In this document: positions 1-8,586 of the stretch, in pieces
Numbering within the stretch: position 1 is the stretch's first letter
Layout: the number at the start of each line of letters is the position of its first letter
Source of the DNA: Planctomycetota bacterium
GTDB lineage: Bacteria > Planctomycetota > GCA-002687715 > DRQF01
Length of the DNA stretch: 35,259 bases
Direction: 5' to 3'
NCBI GenBank assembly: GCA_027001995.1
Contig: JALTLO010000170.1
Coordinates: forward strand, 1 to 35,259
Translations under genes and position numbers: made by a program
The notes under the pieces: generated by a model
Told to the model about the DNA's origin: nothing
The model's database searches: none
Seen by the model: only the letters and a program-made list of their open reading frames with translations

Positions 1-1720
1 TGGTGAAACTGAGGATATCGGGGGCGTTTTTGTCTTTGAGCAGTTCTTTGAGGCTGTATTTAACAAGGCACTGCGTGAGGACTTCTGGGGTGTAGTAAGA
101 AGCACTCTTTTCTCGATCTCGTCCAGCGAGACGGAAGACGTAGCTTCCCCTAGGGTGAACGATGAGTTTCTTGTTCTTGTCTCGTCTTATTTGCTCAGGC
201 TTGAACTCGTCTTGGCGGCTCTTAGGCACAAACCAGACTTTGTCGTCGTCGCCGGACTTGGCTCCCTTCGGGGCAACTTCGATGAGTTCTTCGTCGGCGA
301 AGAAGCCAGAATAAGAGAGCATGCCTTCATAGACAGCGCCTAACTGGTTAATGCCCAACTGAGCGTAGGAAATGCGACCCCGGCCCCGTTTTGATTCTTT
401 GGACAGGGAGAGAAGAGCAATGACTTCTTGAAGGACGAAGTTTCTGAATTTGACTTTGCCCAAAGTCGGCGTTTTCGTCTCATCAAAAAGCGGGCTCCTG
501 AGAGCCTCCATCTTGAAACAATCAATGCTGTAGCCAGAGGATTCGGCGAGTTGTTGTTGGCGTTCATAGTCATAACCCTCGTTCACAATGCGAAAGAGGT
601 GTTTCAGGCTGGTGTGAATGAACAGGCCGTTTCTGGCTTTTTCGGTGGTGAGTTCGACTAACTCTAAGTCGCGTAGAGTCTCTAAGCTGTAGCCCGTGCG
701 ATAGGCGTCAGAGTAAGTCGGTGAAACACCTAATTCCTTGCCTCGGGCTTCGACGAAGAAAAGAAAGAGCAGACGATAGAGATAGGTGAGGCACTCTGTT
801 TTAATGGGGCCAGCGAAAGCGGCCAGTTTTTCTGGGTCTGAGAAGACCGCCTCTCTTCTGACTTCACGGTAATAGTAAATAGCCTCATTGGCGATCAATT
901 CAACGGCTTTTCTTAGGCCATTCTTGAGGTCGCCAGAGACGGCAAAAGCATGCTTGTGGCTGTTTTCGTCGAGGGTTTCGTGAAGCGGCAAGCCTTCTGT
1001 GGGCGCCAAGCTATCTTGGTGCAGAAGACCGGCTATGGCTTTGAATGACTTTTGTTCTTTGCGAGCGAATAGCTGAGTAAGCTCAAAATGCAGGTTTTGC
1101 CCTTGATGCCATTTTCTTTTGTCGATGAGCCAGGCGTCTTCTCCGCCTAAGAAGAGAATCCATCGTGGGGATGACTCACCCCGAAGAACCACGCCATCGA
1201 AGAGTTGACGAAAAGTAAGATCGCTGAGAGTGGTGTCTTCTCCTTGCTCTTCTGAGAGTTGGGCTTTGAGGGATTTTCCGAGGAAACTTGTGTGAGCCGG
1301 AAGATCAAGGGCTGAGGCATCTTCTTCCCCTAAGTCAAGGGGCGCATCGAGGATCCAAAGCCAGGGTTTATGGTCGCGCTCAAGGGCGACCAAGCGGGTG
1401 ATGTAGTGGGCATCTCCAAGTTGATAGATATCGGGTTGATATTGGTAGCCCAAAGCGCTCAAGAACCTGACGTGAAAGTCTCTGGCCAACTCAGCTCGTT
1501 CTGCCAAGTCTGAACGGCGGCTTTTTTGCAGGAGCTGCTCATGGATTGAAGAAAGAGAAAGAAGGGCCTTTGTGGGGGTGTGCTTGCTCTGCCCCACTTC
1601 GCGCTCTTTGCCTTGCCATCGTTCAAAGACGCCGCGCAAGTCGTTCTCGAGCAGCGATTCCAAATAGTGAGGTGAGTAAAAATCACCGACGTTGTTGATA
1701 CCAACCAATTCCAGTGACAT
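1..1720 (-). CDS. Large type IIG-like restriction-modification DNA methyltransferase (DrmMI-like), 5' part only; runs off the window edge and is absent from the ORF track
   Basis: ATG at 1720 overlaps the helicase stop codon (TGATG). It begins MSLELVGINNVGDFYSPHYLESLLENDL. The same frame near position 1-150 reads GSYVFRLAGRDREKSASYYTPEVLTQCLVKYSLKELL, the YYTP motif that precedes motif I in N6-adenine MTases. I read both ends but did not translate every codon in between. Confidence 0.85.
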   Translation of the reverse strand, partial: MSLELVGINNVGDFYSPHYLESLLENDLRGVFERWQGKEREVGQSKHTPTKALLSLSSIHEQLLQKSRRSDLAERAELARDFHVRFLSALGYQYQPDIYQLGDAHYITRLVALERDHKPWLWILDAPLDLGEEDASALDLPAHTSFLGKSLKAQLSEEQGEDTTLSDLTFRQLFDGVVLRGESSPRWILFLGGEDAWLIDKRKWHQGQNLHFELTQLFARKEQKSFKAIAGLLHQDSLAPTEGLPLHETLDENSHKHAFAVSGDLKNGLRKAVELIANEAIYYYREVRREAVFSDPEKLAAFAGPIKTECLTYLYRLLFLFFVEARGKELGVSPTYSDAYRTGYSLETLRDLELVELTTEKARNGLFIHTSLKHLFRIVNEGYDYERQQQLAESSGYSIDCFKMEALRSPLFDETKTPTLGKVKFRNFVLQEVIALLSLSKESKRGRGRISYAQLGINQLGAVYEGMLSYSGFFADEELIEVAPKGAKSGDDDKVWFVPKSRQDEFKPEQIRRDKNKKLIVHPRGSYVFRLAGRDREKSASYYTPEVLTQCLVKYSLKELLKDKNAPDILSFT

Positions 1721-4629
1721 CAGAAATCCTCGCCACGATAAAGAACACAGGCCACCCGCAAGTAGGGATTGTCGGCAGTTCTTAGCTGTTCTAAGTAGTC
1801 TTCGTGTTTATCAATTTCGCGGTCGAAGTTTCGGCGGTCTTCGGCGAGTTTCTTGGCGGCGGTGCTAGTGGTGTTGGAGACCTTTGATTCTCGGTTGGCA
1901 AAAATGGCAAACATCTTCTTCTTCCAGCGATCACGACGACGCTGCTCGGCTTTGAGCCACGGCAAAATGTCCTGGCCACGTGATGTGCGAAGATCCGACA
2001 TGTGGCTTTTTGCCCGTTTGACTGCTTGTGGCAAGAGCGCTTCGATGGGCGCCCCATCGATGGCCTTATCAGGATTGGCTAAGGACTTCTTGTCACTGAG
2101 GCCGGAGAGACGGGCGAGGTTTTCAAAGTCGCGAATACTGTGGGGTTCTGTGCTTGCGCCTAAGAAACTCACGCCGAACCAGGCGACGAGTACCGGTCGG
2201 CTGCGACGGTTGGCGAGTTGTCCCTGGAAGACAATGACTTTTTCGCCGGGCTCTAAGCCATTCTTAACTAAGATCAAAGGGGCCTCATGGCGCTCAAAGG
2301 AGGCCAGGACTCGATCGGTGAGCCATTCGCTAAAAGGATGAAGCTCCCAGAAGAGCTGCCATTTAGGCCAGCTATTGGCATCTTTTCTTGATTGAGCAAG
2401 GGCCTCTTTGACTAAGTCACGATCGGTGGTGAAGCGCGCCGCTTCGATCTTGCGGTCGAGTTCAACTGGCAAGTAGGCGTAGCGTCTGGTTAGGTCTGGA
2501 GGGGTCTCTATGAGCTCAAAGCCCTGCATGTCGCTAATCCCCTGGATGCAGGAGCTTTCGCCAATTTCCTCTAAGGAGCCTCTGGCAAAGATGAGGTCGT
2601 CATCGATGAGATGGAAGGGGTCTTTGGTGGGTACTTCCTGAGATGTGGAGATTCCTGATTCCTCGTCATCGTTGGCGAACAGCTCAACCAAGAAATCATA
2701 AGAGTCGTCTCTCGCTGGCGTGTCAGGAATGAGGTCTTCAGGGCTTGCCTTCTCCTCAATGCCCTTGGCGATTGTTTCTTCTTCTTTGGACGCATCGTGG
2801 AGCTGAAGAAGGTCGGCGACGTCGCCTAAGTTCTTTTGGGCGTATTCTTCTTTCTCGATGAGACGTTCCAAAATGCGCGCATCGCCTTGAAGGGACTTTG
2901 TCTCAGGGATGGTGAGAAGATAATGGATCTGAGGATCTTCTGTTTGGCCATAACGATCGATGCGACCATTGCGCTGCTGAAGAGTGATGAGACTCCAGGG
3001 GATGTCGTAGTGAAAAAGACGGAAGCAGCAGAAATGAAGATTGATGCCTTCAGCGGCGGCATCAGAACAGAGTAGAACTTTGACCTTGCTGTCTTCGGTG
3101 CCAAAGTCACGGATGATTTCTGTTTGTTGGCGATCGTCCATGGAGCCATTAAACGTTGCGATTTGGACTGGTTTGAAACCGCAGTTGCCTAGCAAGTGAT
3201 CAGCCAGGCTGGCCAAAGTGGCTATGCGCTCAGAGAAAACAACCACACGGGGGGAAGTCCTTTTATTGGATATTTCATGGGCTTTCAGGAGAGCTGTAAA
3301 TTTCTTGAGCTTGGCACCGCCAGATTTGACCAGAGGATCATTTTCTGCGGAGAGAGCCGCAAGTTCACTCATATCATGTTCAATGGGCGCTAAGACATCT
3401 GGGCGGTCCTTCGCCTCATCAGCCATTTTCGCCAACTTCTTTTGGCGCTCGGCGATAGTCTCATGAAGGGCCCGAGGTGAAGAAAGGAAGGCCTTCTTAA
3501 GGGTTGTGGTAAACAACATCGACCCAGAACGTGTACCTCCTCGACTCGTGGCACGCAGGTCAAGGGCTTCTAAGCGGCCGAGAACAACCTCTTCTTGAGG
3601 TTCAGCGGTGATTTTCTCGCCATGAATTTGTCGTTGTCGAAACGCTTGGCCGACTTCTGCCGCTACATCTTTCTTGAAGCGTCGGACGAAGAGGCCTCTT
3701 ACGTCTTCCCTGCCATAGTCAGAGGGATCGGCGATGGCAGTTGGGTCCAAGAGATTCATGAGGCTGGCGAAACTCTCGGGTTTGCCGTCGTGAGGCGTGG
3801 CTGAAGTGAAGATCAAGGAATCGGCGGTATTGGCCAAGAGCTTGGCGAGCTTGGCTCTTTGGGAAGTCGAGGAACCTCGTTCAGCCACATTTTGGCACTC
3901 ATCGACAAGCACAACATCCCAGCGGCATTCTTCGAGGTAGCGAGCGTATTTTGTGTCTTTCTTAAGAGTATCAATGGAAATAATGCAGCGATTGAAATGA
4001 TGAAATGGATTCATCGAAGCTGGGATTCGACGTTGGATGCGCTGAAGCCCGACAGAGTCAAGGCGCACCAGCGGGATGGTGAAACGGGCCCAGAGCTCTT
4101 CTTGAAACTGGGCCAAAATACTCTTCAGGGCAACGACTAAGATTCGTTCACCCCGCCCTCTGCGAATGAGCTCAGAAAGAAGTATGCCTGCCTCGACCGT
4201 CTTGCCCATACCCACACCATCAGCCATCAAGATGCGAGCCCTTGGTCGTTCTAAAGCTTTGTGGGCCGGCACCATTTGATAATTGGTGACGTCAAGCGCT
4301 GCCCGATGACCAACGGCAATAACGTTGTCTGTGGGGGGCGACTTCCTCAGGAGTGCTTCGAGGTAGAGTCTTGAACGACGATATCTTGGGGTTGGGTCAT
4401 GGACCAGCTTGGTCTGTTCCGGTCGCAGTTCGACAATCTTGTCAAGATCGCTGAGATAAATGGCGTCCTTGCCACGAACAAGTTCAGAGACGCCGGTCAC
4501 ATGAACGGCCAAGCACTCATCGGACACCCAATCGCACTTACGAACGATCCACTCTTCGTCACGAATCTCGACTCGTGAGCCTGGTGCGTATGTCACATAG
4601 GCCTGTTTCTTTGTCTTGAGTCGCGCCAT
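1720..4629 (-). CDS. SNF2-family helicase, DISARM DrmD-like (969 aa)
   Basis: Motifs MADGVGMGKT, LVDECQN, SATPHDG, AAAEGINL and QRNGRIDRYGQ. N-terminal PGSRVEIRDEEW segment. Translationally coupled to the MTase gene. Confidence 0.88.
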   Translation of the reverse strand: MARLKTKKQAYVTYAPGSRVEIRDEEWIVRKCDWVSDECLAVHVTGVSELVRGKDAIYLSDLDKIVELRPEQTKLVHDPTPRYRRSRLYLEALLRKSPPTDNVIAVGHRAALDVTNYQMVPAHKALERPRARILMADGVGMGKTVEAGILLSELIRRGRGERILVVALKSILAQFQEELWARFTIPLVRLDSVGLQRIQRRIPASMNPFHHFNRCIISIDTLKKDTKYARYLEECRWDVVLVDECQNVAERGSSTSQRAKLAKLLANTADSLIFTSATPHDGKPESFASLMNLLDPTAIADPSDYGREDVRGLFVRRFKKDVAAEVGQAFRQRQIHGEKITAEPQEEVVLGRLEALDLRATSRGGTRSGSMLFTTTLKKAFLSSPRALHETIAERQKKLAKMADEAKDRPDVLAPIEHDMSELAALSAENDPLVKSGGAKLKKFTALLKAHEISNKRTSPRVVVFSERIATLASLADHLLGNCGFKPVQIATFNGSMDDRQQTEIIRDFGTEDSKVKVLLCSDAAAEGINLHFCCFRLFHYDIPWSLITLQQRNGRIDRYGQTEDPQIHYLLTIPETKSLQGDARILERLIEKEEYAQKNLGDVADLLQLHDASKEEETIAKGIEEKASPEDLIPDTPARDDSYDFLVELFANDDEESGISTSQEVPTKDPFHLIDDDLIFARGSLEEIGESSCIQGISDMQGFELIETPPDLTRRYAYLPVELDRKIEAARFTTDRDLVKEALAQSRKDANSWPKWQLFWELHPFSEWLTDRVLASFERHEAPLILVKNGLEPGEKVIVFQGQLANRRSRPVLVAWFGVSFLGASTEPHSIRDFENLARLSGLSDKKSLANPDKAIDGAPIEALLPQAVKRAKSHMSDLRTSRGQDILPWLKAEQRRRDRWKKKMFAIFANRESKVSNTTSTAAKKLAEDRRNFDREIDKHEDYLEQLRTADNPYLRVACVLYRGEDF

Positions 4630-5030
4630 TAGATGATTGCAATCGTGAGGTCTGTGTGCCCTAGCCTCTTGGCCACGGCATTGAATACTTCGACGTCATC
4701 GTCGAGCCCAAGGCATGACGCTGCGTCATCAGAAGCATCATTTTCGAGAACGAAGTAGCGAGCCGCTACCATGACTGCCTGACAAGCTGAAAAAGGTGCA
4801 TCAGATCCCAAGCGACGGATCAGTTTCGTGCAACCAAGAGACAGTTGCTCGGCGGTAGTGAGATCAAGAGTCTCATCTTGCCTATGTAGCTCCCGAAGAT
4901 GGCCCAGATAGGATTGGACTTCCCGCAATAAAGCCTCACCGCCAGGCCACTGAGCATCCATTAACTTTACGGCAATACTACGTTCTTTATCTGGAAGCTC
5001 ATTTAACCATTCAGTCGACATGGGCGGCAC
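4629..5030 (-). CDS. YkvA/DUF1232-like small protein
   Basis: C-terminal YFVLENDASDD...LGLDDDVEV resembles the DUF1232 pattern YxxxPxDxIPD..xGxxDD. Stop overlaps the helicase start (TAATG). Confidence 0.6.
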   Translation of the reverse strand: MPPMSTEWLNELPDKERSIAVKLMDAQWPGGEALLREVQSYLGHLRELHRQDETLDLTTAEQLSLGCTKLIRRLGSDAPFSACQAVMVAARYFVLENDASDDAASCLGLDDDVEVFNAVAKRLGHTDLTIAII

Positions 5031-5183
5031 TCTTTATCATTAGTCTCAAACTTCCCTCCACGCTGAGGGGTGGAGGGCAGAACACTCATGGGGCAGGTAT
5101 AGACGAGTTATTGTCTGCCTCGGTCCTGCTCTCTACTGGTCCAAGATTAGCGATCGTAGCGAAATCTGCAAGAGTTTGAGCAC

Positions 5184-6119
5184 TCAGGGGAGCAGATCCT
5201 CCAACCAATTGCGCAAGTACTCCAGAACTTTTTCCTCAGACCCCGGAGCAAATGGGATGATTCCCACTTTCTCCTCATGCTGAAATTCTTCAGCTTCAAG
5301 CCAAGGAGCCCCACTGCCTCGGGGGACCAGTAACAGTGCCCCATCGGCATGCTCACCATCTTGGCGAAGCGCGTCTCTGTAGATGTGGGCAGTAGCCATA
5401 GCCTCCAGTACATTGTTTCGCTTGGTTCGATACTTGGCATCGAAAACCAAGAAAGAACTTCCGCCAGATTCATCCGATTTTTGGAGGACAATGTCTGGAC
5501 ACCTCATCCCGGAAATGGAGTAGAAGCTCGAAGACGAAGCGCCATTCGAAGCAGAAAAAGTCTGTTGCAAGACAACTGAGACTCGAGCACCAGAAGAATC
5601 GGATCCGATCCAGGAAACGCGATCTACCGAATTCGACTTTTGCCGCCGTTTCCATACCAACGCGGGCAATAGTTTTCGAACACCCTTCGCCACAGTGGCA
5701 AAACACCACCGTTCATAAACTTCCCATGTTGGGGCAAGCCAAAATCGAGCCGATGATGTTTGGCCCGAAAGACCTCTTCGAAGAGCTCCCCATCCAAATT
5801 TGAAAGCACGGGAGTAAAGGGGATGTGCGGCCACGGCAGTGAGGCCAGCTGAAGTGATTTCTGAAGATGTCACCTCGTTGAATGGTATTCGTCTCAGAAT
5901 CTGTGAGAGGTCTAATTCAAGGGAATTTAGAAAGGCCAAACGCCTTGGCCAACGGCTTTGGAGCGAAGATCGAGTGGCACTTTCTCTTTCCTTCGCGACA
6001 ATTTCAGAGATTTCTGAACGAACTCGTCGAATGCCTTGTTGGACATTCTTGACCATGGCAGCAAGACAGCGATTTGCCGGACCATCCAAGTGGCGTTCCG
6101 TGCAAGGAACGTCTAACAT
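5184..6119 (-). pseudogene. McrC-like / DUF2357 PD-(D/E)xK nuclease, apparently missing its N-terminus
   Basis: Motifs LDGPANR, HPLYSRAF, TWEVYERWCF, and RCPDIVL...VFDAKYR...AHIYRDAL. It begins mid-domain and overlaps the upstream ORF out of frame. Confidence 0.6.
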
Positions 6120-6595
6120 AGGATTAACATCATCATGCGAGCCAAGCGTCGCACTGCTGCCCCTCGATACGCTATGGTTGTAAAATCAGTGGGATAAAAG
6201 GCGGCCATCACCCGAAAAACTTTTAGGTGCGGCTTGACACGAATTGACTTAGCCAAACGTGCAAGCATTTCATCAGCGAAAGAAGTGAGGTATTTCAACT
6301 TGGCCACTTCGTCTTTCGGCACTGGCTCAAGAGATCGTTTGGCAACCCAAGACCGAAAAACAGGATCGGAGGTGGATTTGGAAACATTGATTGTTCCTTG
6401 GCCTACAGCAGAAACAGGATTCTTCTCCCAAAGGCGATGATGAAATTCAGATGTCGACCGTTCTTGTTCATCAGCGGCTTGTACTCCGTCAAGAAACTCA
6501 GTGAGATTCACGCGCCACTCATTGCCCCGGTGCTTGCGTTCAACATTCGCGCAGATTTTTTGAAGCTCTTCAATCGTCAGAATGTCCATTGACAA
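6113..6595 (-). pseudogene. Probable N-terminal fragment of an McrB-like protein; no NTPase domain present
   Basis: 160 aa ORF directly upstream of the McrC-like nuclease. It has no Walker motifs and ends abruptly in RMMMLILC. The McrB link rests on position and recalled similarity. Confidence 0.4.
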
Positions 6596-6630
6596 GTCCT
6601 TTCTCAGTTCGCTTTCAGAGGATCAGGCCA

Positions 6631-8586
6631 CTAAGGGCCCAGTCGGCGCAGTTGGATCTTTGTGGTGCCGACCTCGATTTCCAAGACGTCTTTGTCGACT
6701 GTCACAATCTTTCCTGGTTCGAGTTCCTGATCGTCTACAATGGGTGCATTCTTGGATCCTGAGTCGGCGGTGAAGGTTACTGATTGTGCTACCAGATCAA
6801 TGATCAATTGACGCCGTGAAACCATGGGATCGTTCACTTGCAAATCACATGCTTGGTGACGCCCCAAGATGTAACAACCCGGGGCCGTCAAAATTTTGTC
6901 ATTTGACCCTGGGATTGAGATCGTCCATGAGACGGATCGGGGCTTTGTGATTGTCTGTTCTGCGGAGCGGGTGGCGGTCCAGTCATTAAGATCCTGTTTC
7001 AATACAGTTTCATCTCCGGAATCCCACGCAACGTCTCGGTCTTCGTTCACGCTTTCCATGAGCGGAGTGACTGATTGTGACGGTAGCATTGGCTCTTGCT
7101 CGGGCGTTACAGCTTGAGAACGGGCAATGGCTTGTGCAGGATTTGATTTTTCATCTTGATGTAGCTCGCGCCGAAGATCAATCAGTGTGGCCAAATCAGC
7201 AAGCTGATGAGGGTCAATCACATGGTGAGCCGAATACAACCAACGTTCGCTGATTTGCTCAATGCCGCCATCGGTCTTGCGGATAAGGAACTCCCCGGGA
7301 TTCAGAGAAGTCAGGCGACTTGCGATGTCGATAACCGCATTTGAAGCACTTCCAATTGTCTCATGAATCCGTTTGCGTTCATTCGCGGATGTCAAGTTGC
7401 CAACGCCCCAAGTTCCCACATTCCCCAATCCTCGATGATCAACTCCAATGACATTCTGAGTCGCCAACAGACTGCAAACGCCAAAAGCCCGCCCCTGACG
7501 GAGGACAACGTTCAAGGATGACTTTGATGGTGGATTGTGAGGATACGATGGGTAGAACCCTTGGGATCCGCCAGCACCTCCGATCTCGTCGATAAAAAGA
7601 AGAAGTCGCGGAGCTGCCGCGCCACCCTGCCCTCTCATCCAACGATAGACGCTATGGCACACTTGTGCCACGACAAATGCCTGGTCAAAGAAGTCGTGCA
7701 AGTGGGCAAGACTCAAAGTGACAATTGGTGTTCGTCCCGACTTCGGCGCCAGCAATTGATCCAAGTCAAATGGGACACCTGTGTACCATTGTGGCTCTAA
7801 CCCCATCAACTGGCTATTAACTTCGCGGCAGAGATCCATGCGACGTCGTTCGGCCATGAACATATCGACAGGGAGATTCCCGAGCCTTTCGACTGGTGGC
7901 GCAATGATCCAACTCACAAGCGTCGAAAGACCGTCCGTGCCCTCAAGATTGACATTGTTTTCCCAGGCGTATTTCAGGAGTTCAAGAAGGAATTGCTCAT
8001 CTTGAGCTGCCTTCGCGCCCTTGGATTCCTTCTGTCGAAGCCGACCAAGAAATGCTCTGACGAATGCCTGCATCAGCTCTAAATAGTCGTTCTTCTCTTG
8101 TTCATCACAATCTTTCGGAGATTTCCCAGGCTTAGGAAACGACGACAATTGGAGAGGCCGAACGCCGGTAGATTTTGGAGTGAAGAGCTGGAAATCAACT
8201 TTCTTGGCAAAAGTCGCAGCTCGCCTCGCCCAAAAAGGATTTGCCCGTTCAGCATCTTTATAACCTCGCACCTGTTCATCGTAGACATCACCAAGAATCG
8301 AGCGAGACAAACTCTCAATCTCGCGGCTCGCACCAAAGTCTGCCCCGGCAAGCGCCATGGAGCTGAGGTCGCCCTTCAGGTCCAAAACGATACATGGGAT
8401 ACCCCCCAGAGCAGCTTCTTCTACAACAGACTTTGAGAGGACTGTCTTGCCAAAACCGCTGGCCCCGCAGACAAATATGTGGGTCATGAGGTCTTTGGGA
8501 TCAAGAAAAGTAGCTTCACCAATCTTACGGTGACGCGACATTGAAGGAATGCTCTTATCACCTACGTAAAGGCCATCATTTGCCAT
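6631..8586 (-). CDS. HerA/FtsK-superfamily (DUF87-type) ATPase with C-terminal FHA domain (651 aa)
   Basis: Walker A GASGFGKT, LDLKGD, Walker B LLFIDE, RQGRAFG, LATQN. C-terminal ILGRHQACD...DPMVSRRQ...SKN is the FHA signature (GR, SR, N). Confidence 0.85.
   Translation of the reverse strand: MANDGLYVGDKSIPSMSRHRKIGEATFLDPKDLMTHIFVCGASGFGKTVLSKSVVEEAALGGIPCIVLDLKGDLSSMALAGADFGASREIESLSRSILGDVYDEQVRGYKDAERANPFWARRAATFAKKVDFQLFTPKSTGVRPLQLSSFPKPGKSPKDCDEQEKNDYLELMQAFVRAFLGRLRQKESKGAKAAQDEQFLLELLKYAWENNVNLEGTDGLSTLVSWIIAPPVERLGNLPVDMFMAERRRMDLCREVNSQLMGLEPQWYTGVPFDLDQLLAPKSGRTPIVTLSLAHLHDFFDQAFVVAQVCHSVYRWMRGQGGAAAPRLLLFIDEIGGAGGSQGFYPSYPHNPPSKSSLNVVLRQGRAFGVCSLLATQNVIGVDHRGLGNVGTWGVGNLTSANERKRIHETIGSASNAVIDIASRLTSLNPGEFLIRKTDGGIEQISERWLYSAHHVIDPHQLADLATLIDLRRELHQDEKSNPAQAIARSQAVTPEQEPMLPSQSVTPLMESVNEDRDVAWDSGDETVLKQDLNDWTATRSAEQTITKPRSVSWTISIPGSNDKILTAPGCYILGRHQACDLQVNDPMVSRRQLIIDLVAQSVTFTADSGSKNAPIVDDQELEPGKIVTVDKDVLEIEVGTTKIQLRRLGP

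Noticed and set aside
155..1704. Short ORFs 155-343, 340-573, 428-661 and 1459-1704
   Set aside because: They are shadow frames within the methyltransferase gene at 1-1720.
5054..5077. CCCTCCAC-N8-GTGGAGGG hairpin as a terminator
   Set aside because: No convincing T tract follows on the minus strand, so no function can be supported.
6113..6186. Programmed ribosomal frameshift joining the two McrBC-like ORFs
   Set aside because: No recognisable slippery heptamer or stimulatory structure. Deletion or mutation is simpler.
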